A stretch of DNA of 64,000 bases, from NCBI RefSeq assembly GCF_009914755.1, contig NC_060928.1, one strand, 5' to 3'. Source of the stretch: the human T2T-CHM13v2.0 reference genome, Homo sapiens. Shown here one piece after another: positions 29,801-42,430 of this stretch. Under the pieces are notes generated by a model. It ran no database searches. It was not told where the DNA came from and saw only the letters and a list, made by a program, of their open reading frames with translations. Position 1 is the stretch's first letter, and every line of letters begins with the position of its first letter. Made by a program: the position numbers and the translations under genes.

Positions 29801-32499
29801 CAGGTAACAAACCCGTAATCTCGTCCTGTTTTCATGATGGTTGAATTACACATAATTGTTTCTGCACAGTGATTGATTTCTGCCTGAATAGAGACCTCTG
29901 CCTTTTTTCAATGCAAGCGAGTGGCAGCCAAGTCTCTCCATCTAGGAGGAGGCAGCAGCCTTTGAAGAGATCAAAGCCAAGGCCGCAAGCAGTTGTGCGC
30001 CCTGGGAATATGGAAAGCCTTTATGCTCTCAACCCCATTTCCAGCATCATGTTGGATTGCAGCTGCATTACATTCTGCCAGCATTCTTAATGCTTTTAGT
30101 ATTGACTCTGACATCACCGATAGCTGTTTTAAAGTAACAAAAGCCGAAGGATGACTTATTTTCACAACTCTGTAATTGGAACATGCAAAGATGGGGGTGG
30201 GGAAGCAAGAATGAAGGGGAGGGAAATACATTTGCTTTTAATTTAAAGCAGCACAAAAGGCCCAGAAAAAAAATTATGTAAGTTTCCACAAATGAAAACC
30301 ATGTTTTTCATATGGAAAAACCAGCAGGGGCATTTTATAACTCAGACCACACAAAATGAACTGATGGCTAAATACACACTTTTTCAAGCCTAAAGGGTAA
30401 AATAAAAATGATGGGGTAAGTGATTCCAATTGGGAAAGGGACTCTAACATGTATTTGGTCTGAAGACTTTGCAGACACCTGATGCAAGGTGAACGGGTGC
30501 AGCTGCTAAAGACCTGTCCCGCGCCCTTACCTGCTCCTCCTTAGCCCTTTTTAATCAACTAAGCAGAGCAGATACTTGCATTTGTAAGAATCACAGGTTT
30601 ATTTGGGAAGTTGTAAATGCATGATTCCATTAACAGAAGAGGAAGAACAGGAAAGTCAAAGGTGGTTTTCAATTCTGGCTCCAGATACAGAGACACAAAT
30701 CAGTATGACAGGATCACGTCTTGACAAGTGAATCAAAACCTAATGCCACCAAAAGAGGCAGAAAAATTCCTAAGAACATAATAACCAAAATACATCAACA
30801 CTAGTATCCTATTTCTTAAAATGGAAATTAAAAGTAAAGCTATTTCTAATTTTTTAAAAATAATTAAGACATTTTGGACTTATGATTAAATACATTGTGT
30901 AATTCATCCATTATTACATTTAAAATCAACATAAAAAGCAAGCAGGGCGACCATAAATCACTATACTATGTCTCTGGTGCTACATATAGTGTTACATATG
31001 TCCAGTAATCACTCCCTAGTAAGAAAACCTTCCGTTATTCCAATTCTAATTTTTAATTGCTGCCTTTGAAAATGTCTGCCCTAATCAATATTACATAGCT
31101 CTACAGAGAAACTCTGAATTTACATTCACATTGAAATGACAAGATTATGGATGGAGAGAGCAGGAAAGTAGAATCTTAAGAGAATTTATAAAATAAAATG
31201 CATCTCGTTTAACAAAGTCCCCTTTTCACAAAGATTTAATATTGTTTATGTAGATAGTAGTCAATGAACCATCAGTCTTTAACTTTTCCAAGTCTACAAA
31301 GTTCTAAAACTTATTGACATAGGAGAAATGACTATGAAATAACTGCTTCCTTTCATTCTGCACAAAACTTCTTAGTTCTGAAACACCAAGTAATTGGCGA
31401 ACAAAAGCCATCTTTGTTTGAAAGGATTTTGAATCAACAGACCTGGCTGTAAGGTACCCAACTGTAAATTTTCTTTGAAAATTTGTCTGTAACTGTGCAG
31501 AACTGGAAAACTCTTTCTTTTAACAACCTGCCTACTTCAGTTTACTGGGTTACAGTTTTTATGTTTGTTTCATTTGGGGTTTGTTTTGCTTTAGAGGAAA
31601 GGGTACAAACTACATGAATTCAGAATTGCAAAAGCAAAATCAGCAAGAAAACCTGAATAATAACATCTCAAAATCTGTATATTTTTCTCTTGGAAAAGTG
31701 CCATCTTTCCTTAATTTTACCATTTTCGGAAAATGCCGGAAATAAGTTCCAGTGTTATCAAATATTTTTCTGTAGGTTGCATTCTTAATAAGCTTATCAC
31801 ATTTTCCATATCCCAAGGCCCCCTTCTAATTTCAGATTATCAGGCAAAAAAACATTTCTTTTGTGATTCTATCATTAGCCTTCTCTTGCAAAGTAACAAG
31901 CAAAACAGTCACTGGAAGCATCCCAGGCTTCCCATTCAAACCAAAGGAAAAAGTCAATATACGGCGCCCCCTCAATCCCCTGCCCCCGCCTTCTTCAAGG
32001 CCCTCCTCAGAGAAACCTGTACTTAGAATTTTAGTCACCTGAACAGCATGTGAGAGAACACAGCACCACTTGCTCAGCCACCAACCTTGAGAGAGGCACT
32101 CCAGTGGCTAAGCAGAGACAAACTAAAAGCATATGGAATCTCAGTAGCCCCCGGAGCTGTGGGCTCCACACATTTCTCAGACTGCCCTCAGCAAAAATTG
32201 CCATCATTGAGAATGGAGGTGACAACACTGTAATGATACACAGGAGACTCGTTATATAGCATAATCTATGTGCTGGCCTATTTATTTTTCCCTTCAGGAA
32301 GGGAAAAATAATCTCTTGAAGAACCTGGAGGGTCCTTATGCTCCTTACTGAAAAGAAAAGAAAACTGCCTCAGAGGTGAGGAGTGGGGGAAGCAAGCCGG
32401 TTGAGGAGCAGGAGTTAATAGGTACTGCCCAAAGTCTGGGACCCCTCTAGATGAGGCATTCCAATCGCTTCACACAAATACAAATTTACTCTTAAAAAC

Positions 32500-32740
32500 C
32501 TTTAAATAACCAGATTCCATGCTTTCCTTTGATAAACCATTCCAATGTTTATTAATCTCTCCCTCTGAAGTAATTCTCCCAACCTAAATTCTTTCAACAA
32601 TTTAAGTCCATTTCCTTTGGTTATTCCTTCAGTGAAGAACAAAGCTGGCCCCAGGCACATGCTAAAGAAACAGTTCTTATATTTGGAGCTGGGTTTAAAC
32701 TGCTCTCCTGTCTTCCCCAAGTCAAATGAACAGCTTATCA
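32500..32740 (-). mobile_element. Ancient L3/CR1 LINE fragment
   Basis: CCATTCCAATGTTTA...AACCTAAATTC...CTTCCCCAAGTCAAAT resembles the reverse CR1 3' region. Confidence 0.5.
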
Positions 32741-33964
32741 AGCAGATCCCCCTGGGAATTGGCAGAGTTCTGCCATCAAGATCTACAATCATATGTCAAT
32801 AATTGGATGGTGCCCAATTTTCAACATGCTCATGAAAGACTGAGAACTGTCTCAGATAGCACAGAGCCTTCTTTTCAAGCGGTTTCATCACTTGCACACA
32901 CAGTACATCTTTGGTTTAAAATAGCAAGTGCCCTAGTGCAGACATCTAATCTAGAGAGAAGGAAGGGAGCAGAATTCCCACACAGCTGCTGGAGGGCAGG
33001 GCCACAGGAGGGGTGAACAGGAGATGCCACAAGGTCACCATGAAGCACGACCTCAAATGATGTCATTTAGCTGGGCCACACGAGGGTGAAACACAGCCTC
33101 AGCCCACAGCTCAGTGTGCAGCAAACCCAGGTGATTCTGAGCAATCTGCAAGTAATCTGTACAGCAAAGAATTGACCCAACCAGCCAAAAAAAAAAAAAA
33201 AAAAAAAAAAAGAAGAGTATCCTCATGAATACTGCATAATCTGCAGGTCTCATAAAAAACTTTCATATGAAACACTCAACAGCCACACTTTCAGAAGTAT
33301 CTTATCGGAACAAATAGGAATAGGGTTCCCGTTTACTTTCCCCAGCCATCAATCTAGAATAGTTGGTTATCCCACATCATACAAAGAATACATAGCATTA
33401 TCCACTGGGGTGCAGCAGGAAGAAAATACTACAATGTCAATACATATTTCTATATGAAAAATTTTAAGTTTTACCAGAAATATTTAACATACAAATTGCC
33501 ACTGGGGCCCCCGTTTGCTCTGTATGCCAGACGGTCAAGAATGCCAAGTGGACTGAAGATAACAGTAATAATGTAAGCACAAAAAACAGCAAGAAAATGG
33601 CAAAGCCAACAGTTCTACCTCTAATATCAACCCTTTAAGAGCTTGCATTAAAGCTAAAATCTGTAATGACACTGGACAAGACTTGTCAAGAAGCTGACCA
33701 AAATAACGAGAAATTATCAATTTTATTTGAAATAACAGCCATCAGATAATTATATAGTTCAGGTATATAATTCATAAATAATTATACAGTGGCCAAAATT
33801 TTTAATTGATGAGGGCTTGCAGTAAAATAAATCTCACCATGGATTTAGATATCTGAAATATCAATTGATTTCACTTTTCTTCCTCTCAATATGGATTAAA
33901 TCAGCTCCTTTCCTCACTGTACTGATCTAACCTTCTGGAAGCAAGATGGAGCCATGGAAGCCAG

Positions 33965-34345
33965 AGTGGAAAAGAAATGAAGCTGTGATACTCACTGTGA
34001 CATGAATGAACCCTGAATACATTACACTCAGTGAAAGAAGCCAGTCACAAAGGACTACACCCTATATGTGCCTATGATTCTATTCTTATGAAATGTCTCA
34101 AATAGGGAAATATGTTGAGACAAAATAGGTTAGTAGTTGCTTGGGCCTGGGGTGAGCACTGAGGGAATGAGAGATAAGGGGATAATAGCTAAAGGCTCTG
34201 GGGTTACTTTCCGAGGTGATGAAAATGTCCTAAAACTGACTGTGATGATGGCTGCACTAACTATGTGAATATACTAAAAACCACTACACTGTACACTCAA
34301 AGTGGGTAAAATGTATGCTATGTGAATTATATCTCAATAAAAATG
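33965..34345 (+). mobile_element. L1M (L1MB/MC-like) 3' end
   Basis: ACATGAATGAACCCTGAATACATTACACTCAGTGAAAGAAGCCAGTCACAAA...TGTGAATTATATCTCAATAAA. Confidence 0.85.
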
Positions 34346-34905
34346 AAACTATTTTAAAAATAAGTGACCACTGAAAAAACATTTGCTGAATGAATAAGTG
34401 AATGAATTCCTCCTATCCCAATTAAACAAAAGCCAGAGGAAAAGCTCTCCTGGACATGTTCTCCATGAGTAAAAACAACTGTGTTGCTTAGTCTTTGTCC
34501 ACGTAGCGACCTTGTGACTTTAAAACACTAAATGTTTGCTCATGAAAAGGAGTATCTGGATGATGACTGGGGTCAAGGAATTCAGGATTCTATGAGAGAG
34601 TGAGCAGAGGATGAGCAGAAAGTAGGTATGGCTTGGTGTTCCAAAGGCAGACCTTTAATGGTAAGCATTATATACCAGTGGAATTATTCACGTTAGATGT
34701 CCAGATCTGATTTGGTATAATAGGTATGCACTTGTGGTGCCCCTAATAAGTTATTAACATATGAGATGTCCTCCCAGAACCAGGCAAAAAGAAGTATTGA
34801 GTCAATCTTCTACCTTTCTCATAGCATCAGACCTTGCTTCACCTCTAGAGCAGAAAAAACCTCCTTTCTTAAAAAGCACTGACGTAAATTCTGATGCTTT
34901 CAGTA

Positions 34906-35137
34906 CAGGTTGAGTATACTTTATTCAAAATTCTTAGGTCCAGAGGCATTTCAGATTTCATTTCAGATTTGGAGTATCTGCATTATATACCTATTGGTTC
35001 AGTATGTCTGATGGGAAAATCAATATCCTAAAAACTCCGACAAGTTTTTTGTTTTTGTTTTTTGATCTTCATGTTAGTGTTCAAAGAGTTTCAGATTTTG
35101 AAGCACTTCACATATTGGATTAGGGTTACTCAACCTG
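34906..35137. mobile_element. Tigger4a / MER46A-like MITE
   Basis: TIRs CAGGTTGAGTA ... TACTCAACCTG, flanked by TA on both sides (Tc1/mariner-type TSD); 232 bp. Confidence 0.85.
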
Positions 35138-35317
35138 TATCGATAAAACAACTCAAGAGAAATGCAAGTGTGTTTTCTTTGAGTGAGCTCTAAAGTCTGG
35201 TACCATAAGAAGTCCAGGAGCTTTTAAGCACGGGAAGCATACTGACACAACCGTGTTTCCCTTAGTCTACACAACAGTCCTTTGTTAGAGCTTCAGATAA
35301 GAAAACTGAGGCTCAGT

Positions 35318-35445
35318 GGGGTGCGGTGGCTCATACCTGAATCTTTGGGAAGTGCAGGAGGAGCACTTGAGCCTAGGAGGTTGAGGCTGCAGTGAGCTTT
35401 GATTACACCATTGCACTCCAGCCTGGGTTACAGAGAGAGGCCCGG
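35318..35445 (+). mobile_element. Degraded Alu monomer
   Basis: GGTGCGGTGGCTCATACCTG...GGTTGAGGCTGCAGTGAGC...GCACTCCAGCCTGGG. Confidence 0.8.
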
Positions 35446-36879
35446 GAGGGAGGGAGAGAAGGAAACAGGCTTGAAGAAGTTAGGGACTAGTCTGTTCAGG
35501 GATACATGGCTAGTCAATGACTTGCCTAACTCCATGTCAGTATTTTTTCCTCTACCACGAGATTAGCAACAATAGAAGCCTAAAAAAAAAAAGTCTTTAA
35601 AAGGTTTTTCTCAGGTAGCCAATATTTTCAAATTTGCATAGACATTATTGAATTAACTCAAGATTAAAATAACAAATAAGAACAAAAACAAACATCTCAG
35701 ATAGCCCTGAATTATGAACGGTTTTTTCATTTGTAGCTTAAATGTCACATTTCTCTCACCACTACACAGAGGCCTCTGTTTTTTCCTTATACCCAGCCAT
35801 CTTAGGAGGAAATATTTCTTTTTGAAAAATTTAATCTCCATTTTCCTCTATAGATACATAAGAAGCCCTCATAAAATCTAGTACATATAATCCTGTATTA
35901 TGTAACTTTTTGTTGGCTTCACATTATTCACTAAATGGGATCTAATATCCTCAAGCCTGCAATTCACAGTCCTATGTTGACACCTTATTCCTAGCAGTAC
36001 AGTGATTCCCTGCAATGAATTCAGACCACGTATTTCCTATATGTGGTAACTAAATAATATTTTTGAAACAGTCATTTCCTACTCTTTCCAACTTACCGTT
36101 AGGATGCCAGAAATTTTTTTAAAGTACTTGTGAGTAAAGAAACAGAAACAAAAAGGTAAAGCAATTTTCCCACCTGTAGTAAGTGGCTAATCCTGGATTT
36201 GGGCTCAGGCACTTAAGATGCAGAGCATGTGTTCTCAGCCACTACATGACATATGTAAATAAATGAAAACTTATCTACCTTCATAATATTGTTTGCCCAA
36301 TTCAAATTGTAGTCAAATTTAACAACAACGATTTAAAATGTGGTTAAATAGTACAAAAAGCAAGTGCCTCACACAAGGTAAAGGTTTCTGGTGGTGGTAC
36401 TAAATAAACAGTGACACAGTACCAACAGCATAAAACAGAAGAGGGTCTAAGTCCTGGCCTCCACTCTTACCAACCATCAGTTAACTTGGCAGCAATGTTT
36501 ATAAACTTGTTCATTTCAAATGCTCTATAAATAGTTCTGAGTTTCTGAGTTCTATTCTTAAATAGTCTTAGGTTACTTAACATGAATGCTCTTTTAATAA
36601 AAAAAAAAAAATTTATCAAGCAACTTTCCTGGCCCAGCCCAGAGGTGTCTACACAACCCTTTTTAAACAAGTAAACCAAATATTCCCCACCATGCTTCAA
36701 ATGGGCCACATGGAACTGAAAGCAGGTAAAGAATGAATAGTACATATAAAGACAGTCCTCTGGAACTGCTCTACTAGGCTGCAACACTCCAGGGTGAGCA
36801 GGCTAGGCTCTGTTCACACCTGTATCCCTGGGTTGTAGTAGTGATGTCATGCCTGCCTCACTCTGCTCAGCTGTGGATG

Positions 36880-37022
36880 TTTGCACAAGTGTCTCTCCCT
36901 CACTAATCTGTAAGCTTCTAGAGGGTGGTGACTCTGCTTTTATCATCATGTATCCACAATGGGGCTCAGCACACTGACTGTCAAAATAAGTATCTTCAAT
37001 GAATATTTACGGAATGAATGAT
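36880..37022 (+). mobile_element. L2 3' end
   Basis: CACTAATCTGTAAGCTTCTAGAGGG...GAATATTTACGGAATGAATG. Confidence 0.7.
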
Positions 37023-37499
37023 AAATCATTCCTGAAAACATTCTTTAGGATTTATCTTCATTCTACCAGGAAACTTGTTTATCCTTAAACTTTAGGATTA
37101 GTTCAGAAACTCCTATAACAACATATAATTAGTGAACTGCAATAAGATGTGCTTTCTGGTTATTGCACCATCCTATGAGGGTCAAAAGAGCTGTATTAGC
37201 ATCTTCACTCCTGAAATTAAATATAAATAATGAACCAAACTAATGCTGCACGGATATCAAAGATAGCACTGAGTTACTATGAATTTTCTTATATTAAGTA
37301 GCAAGTTCTTTACATATTAACTTGCAAGCAGATCTTAATTGTGCAGGAGTAAAGAAACAGATACATGATGTTGGTGTAAAATAGTTTTGAACCATTATTT
37401 CATGAATAGTTTGTCAAAACTGTTTACATGCTTACTATGTAAAAAGTTATCTTAAATCAAGAAAGCTATGAACCAGCAAGTAACATAAACAAATAGATT

Positions 37500-37827
<328 letters not shown>

Positions 37828-37902
37828 TCATTGTAGTGGTATTTAAAATAACAACAAAAAAACTTTAACATCCATAACTGAGGATAAATCCAATAAATTA
37901 AA

Positions 37903-37989
37903 GTGTGTATATATTTGTGTGTATATATGTACATATATATACATGTGTATATATATGTACATATATGTACATGTGTATATATATATATA
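37903..37989. repeat. TA/TG/CA low-complexity repeat with internal palindrome
   Basis: Mostly alternating purine-pyrimidine tract read directly. Confidence 0.9.
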
Positions 37990-38989
37990 ACTGGATACTA
38001 TCCAGCCATTACAACTGATGACACAGACCTACATTCACATAAAGATGAGCACACGTAATACATTTTTAATGACAAAAGATTATAATAGAATAATAATCTT
38101 ATAAGCTCATTTACAAAAACGTTTGTATTACAGGTATAGATACAGAAAGAATGTCTGAAATGAAACAATTCATCAAAATGAAACCATTATATCAGAATGA
38201 CAGAAATATAGGTACTTTTTATTTATTTTTTCTGTTCTTTCATGGGTTTTCCCCCGTTTTTATATATTACTGTTAACCAAAAAAAAAAAAAGATATTTCC
38301 TTTTGAGAAAAAGAAGAAAAGACTGTTCCTAATGTCTCCTTAGAAAGAAAAGTTTCTTCACTTTTTAAAGGAAACTCACTGTTGCAACTTCTCAGGAATG
38401 ATCACAATTCCAGTTAATTCTAAACTAATTTCTCTTATTTAAACCAACATCATGATACCACAAAAATCACCACTAACTGCTCCTAAAAATGAAGCACATA
38501 CCACATTTTAATTGCTTGCTGTGCAAAGAATGCTCTTTGGCAGACTTTTGCCTGTAAATGCTCAGTTCTTATGTAATAAGGAGGCAACATCATTTGCCAA
38601 AAAGATTCTAAGAATAATGAAACCTTTGGTCATACAGCTATTTGATTAATCTGTTTAGTCCCTAAGACTTGGGGACACTGGGCCTCTAGAAGTGAGGAAT
38701 AGAGATTCCCATAAAAATCAGACACTTATCAAACTATGTCTGATATACCCCAGGAAGCAATATTTCCTGGGAATTTTCAAGAATACATTGAGCAATCACA
38801 TGGTTATGTGTTGAATGAACCAGAAGACAATTTCCAAGTATTCTTAGAACCTTTTATTTAAGCCATTTACATTATTTAATAAAAGTATAACAGATACCTT
38901 TAATCCTCAAAGTAGTTTATTGACTAAGGATTACTCTTAACACTTCTGAGAGATGAACTGATTTATGAATTGGGCCCCAGCTCCTGAAA

Positions 38990-39170
38990 ATACCTGACTT
39001 TGAATCCAAATTCCCTACCACTTATTAAACTCTGGTTGGGACTATGGACATTCAAGTAACTTCTCTGTGCCTCAGTTTCTTCACTGGAAACATAGGCATA
39101 TTAGTAGCATTCACTTCATACTGTTTAGTAAAGATTTAATAAGAAAAATGCATGTAAAGTACATCATTAA
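38990..39170 (+). mobile_element. MIR SINE
   Basis: CAAGTAACTTCTCTGTGCCTCAGTTTCTTCACTG...ATGCATGTAAAG. Confidence 0.75.
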
Positions 39171-39789
39171 ATATTACATGCTAGTATATTATTAATACCA
39201 GTACTCTCTTCACCCTTGGACAAAATACTTATTTCTCATAATCACATGGAGGTTTCTGGTCAAGGTCCAGGAAGCTTCATAGGTAAGTGAAGTGATTTTG
39301 TGAGGCATTGTTGACTTACATCAAATAAAGTATGGACCAAAAAGATGCCCATAATGTAAAATGGTTTGGTTCCAGATCTTGGTTAATTTTGTTTTCTTAG
39401 CATAAAACTGAAAACAATGATTCCTAAGCTAAACTCATGAATGCCTGTCTTCAAACTGGCTTCTCTTTCCAAATTAATTATTTCCATTAATACTGTCCTC
39501 TCACCCATCAGGCTAGAACACTCATCATCTTTTACACAACTCTTTCCCTCCTCCACATCTAACTGGTCACCTTTGAACTCTTGTGTTATCCACTAGCATC
39601 ATAATAGCTATTACTACCCAAAATATGTTAAAGAAATGTACAATTTCCAATTTTATTCTCACAAAACCCTACTAAGAATCATTTCCATCTTACCTATGAG
39701 AAACTCACTGATTCAATAATCATCTAGCGTCTTCTGCATGCTAGTGGCAGAAATGGTAATAAGAAACTGAAGTTGCAGAAAGTACCCTG

Positions 39790-40070
39790 CTGTGAGAGTG
39801 AAGACTTGAGCCTCAATCTGGTACCACTACTTACCAGTTGTGCAATCAGGGTAAATTATCTGACCTTCCACTTCTTGACCTGTTTACAGTCGTCCTTACC
39901 CTTCTCTATGCCCTGCATGCCATTGCTCAACCTTCTCTATACTTCAGTTCCCTCAACTGTAACACAGGGATATCAGAGATAGCACTGAGTTACTATGAGG
40001 ATTAAATGGGCTAACGCACAGAAGGGGTTTAGAACAGTTCCTGGCATGTGCTAAGTACTCAAAACTAATA
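39790..40070 (+). mobile_element. MIR fragments, one carrying a 31-bp foreign patch
   Basis: CTTCAGTTCCCTCAACTGTAACACAGGGATA...GAGGATTAAATGGG...TTAGAACAGTTCCTGGCATG. Confidence 0.75.
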
Positions 40071-40234
40071 ACTAACGTCTAGTCCATGGATTCTATATGA
40101 AATGCTCAAATAATTTCTAAGCTCCATTTTGGCTTTGCGATTCCATACAAATTTATATATTTTTAAGAGATTCCATTTAAATACGGATTGATACCTGGTG
40201 TTGTTGCGTTACATTCTTGAAGTTTTAAAATTTC

Positions 40235-40800
40235 TGTTCTGTTTATTCCACAAACATCTGGTGAGTAACCTGCTCTGTGGCAAGTAATATAACAGGTTCT
40301 GGGCAACAAAGATGAATAAGACATGCTCCCTATCCTAAAGAAACTAACAATCAATGAGAAATACAAACACAAAGACAAAAAGCTATTGGAAAACATGGCT
40401 ACAGAGCTCTGAGGGAGGACTTATGAGGACCCGAAAGAGAGAGTAGTCACTCTTGACTGACGGTGGGATCCGGAGGAACTTCATTGAGGAGGCAGCACTT
40501 ACCCCAGACCTTTAAGGATGGACAAGACCCTGCTGGCAGGGAATAGAGAACAGGGCATTTCAGCGAGAGCAAGCTATAAGAATCCAAAGACAGGGTTTTG
40601 GAAAAGGGTTTAGGATGCAGGTCTGGGAGTGTAACTGAATCATAAGCTGCAAGGCAGAGTGGTGAGGAGGTAAGACTTGAAAGGGAGATGGTTCCAGGGT
40701 GTGGAAAGCTTTTAAAAATAATGCCCCAAAATGTGATTTAATCCCACAGCCAGTGGGGCAAGGCACTCGGGGAGAAAACCTCATGAGATCTGACGAGAGG
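40235..40800 (-). mobile_element. L2 fragment
   Basis: TTTATTCCACAAACATCTGGTGAG...GATGAATAAGACATGCTCCCTATCCTAAAGAAACTAACAATC. Confidence 0.65.
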
Positions 40801-40977
40801 TGAACAGTGCCAGTGGTCTCAATTAGGGCCCAATATGGTTGAGTGAAGAGAAAGTAAGCTTGGGGCCAAAGGGCCACACTTGGAGTCCCAGCTCCACTGC
40901 TTTCTGGGTGTGAGACCTCTGGAAAGTCATTTACATTATCTGAACCTCAGTTAAATTACTGAGCATCTACTGTGCCA

Positions 40978-41125
40978 ATGTTTTTCCAAAACTTATTTTA
41001 TAGAAGAATCAATGGAGAGTTTGTTAAAAGCGCATCTACATGACCTGCCTGTAGTGTGTGATTCAGGACATTTGCAGACGGGGCCAGTAATCTGCCTTTT
41101 TAACAGAAACACCTGTAATTCAGAG
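40978..41125. mobile_element. MER5-like fragment
   Basis: AGAATCAATGGAGAGTTTGTTAAAA...GTAATCTGCCTTTTTAACA. Confidence 0.55.
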
Positions 41126-41939
41126 GCCACTGGCCACCTTCCAGCCATACCACCACCAATGCCAGATGAGGAGACCAAGGGTCAAAGAGTGTGAACACAC
41201 ATCTAGTCAGTAGCAGAGTGGTAGCATCTAGGTATATGGACTCCAACAGCAGTGCTTTGCTGCTGCTCTCTTTTATTTACTCATTTATTTTACCATTATC
41301 TTGGTTGGACCCTAGTCTCACTGACTGCAAGTCATGACTAAAGAGACAATCACCTCACCCTTTTCCCTTCCTCCCTAGCTTGGTCACTAAAGTAGGAACT
41401 GCTGCCCTCTCAGCAGTGGCTGTAGCCCTTTTCCCTCCCCAGCACCTCATGCACTCTCTACAAGGAAGGACACTCATCTCTTTGGCAACCTAGAAGCAGG
41501 AACTGAGCAAGGACAGACTGACCCTTTGTTCTCTCTGTCAGGCCAGCTTGCCCAAACATGGGTTTGGTCTCATCTCCAGTTCTACAGGATGTGAGCACCC
41601 TGCCTCTGCAAAAGAGGCATGTGGCTTGGTGTTGTGTTCAATTTAGGAAAATCAAAGGAAGTCCATGGTTTGTATCACAGTTCAAGTCACGTTCTCCAAT
41701 GTAGCCTTATTGATAATACAGTTGGTATTATACTGCCTGATACTGTCTGGCCTTATTAATAATAAAGCTGATATTACACTTTCCCTCTGTCTGACTTTGC
41801 TGGACTAATTATTGACTTGAAGAGGCATGAAAATTATCAGCCTCAAAACACTAACCACAACGAAAGTTGAATGTAAACAAGTACATATTTTTAAATATTA
41901 ACTTTATAAACATGTTTTTAAGATTAAATTGCAGTGCAG

Positions 41940-42430
41940 GTAACTCCTACCTAAAAAGGTGCATTGCCTTTGACTGCAATTCTGGCAATTTGTTCCAAAG
42001 AAACAATTCAGAATCTGTGCAAACTTTTAGTTAGAATATATGCACTTCATCACAGTACTGCATAAGGTGGGGAAAAAGGTGATACAATCTAAATGTCTAC
42101 CAATAAAATACTGGTTAAATAAATTAGGCAATCTATTAAAAATGATGTTACAGAAGATTATTTATTAATAGAAAAAGATATACATAATAAGTTGGTGGCG
42201 AAAAAGCAAGTTGCAAAATGATACCTTATGTTCCTATTGCCATGAATATATAACAAGTATTTGTGTTTGTTTACCTACATTTATATGTGTGCACAGAAAG
42301 AAGTCTAAAAGGCCACACAGAAAAAGTGATCGTCTTTAACAATGTGATCCTGGGAATTTAATATTTGGTATTATTTTTGCTTATTTGAATTTTCTAATTT
42401 TTCCAGTGAACATGTATTGCTTTTTAAATT
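41940..42430 (+). mobile_element. Old L1ME 3' region
   Basis: ACAATCTAAATGTCTACCAATA...CTGGTTAAATAAATTAGG...GAACATGTATTGCTTTT. Confidence 0.65.

Noticed and set aside
30526-30560. Possible cryptic minus-strand micro-exons (donors CAG|GTAAGG near 30531 and ACG|GTAAGT near 36096)
   Set aside because: Good donors but weak acceptors and frame-shifting lengths; such matches are expected in a 50-kb intron.
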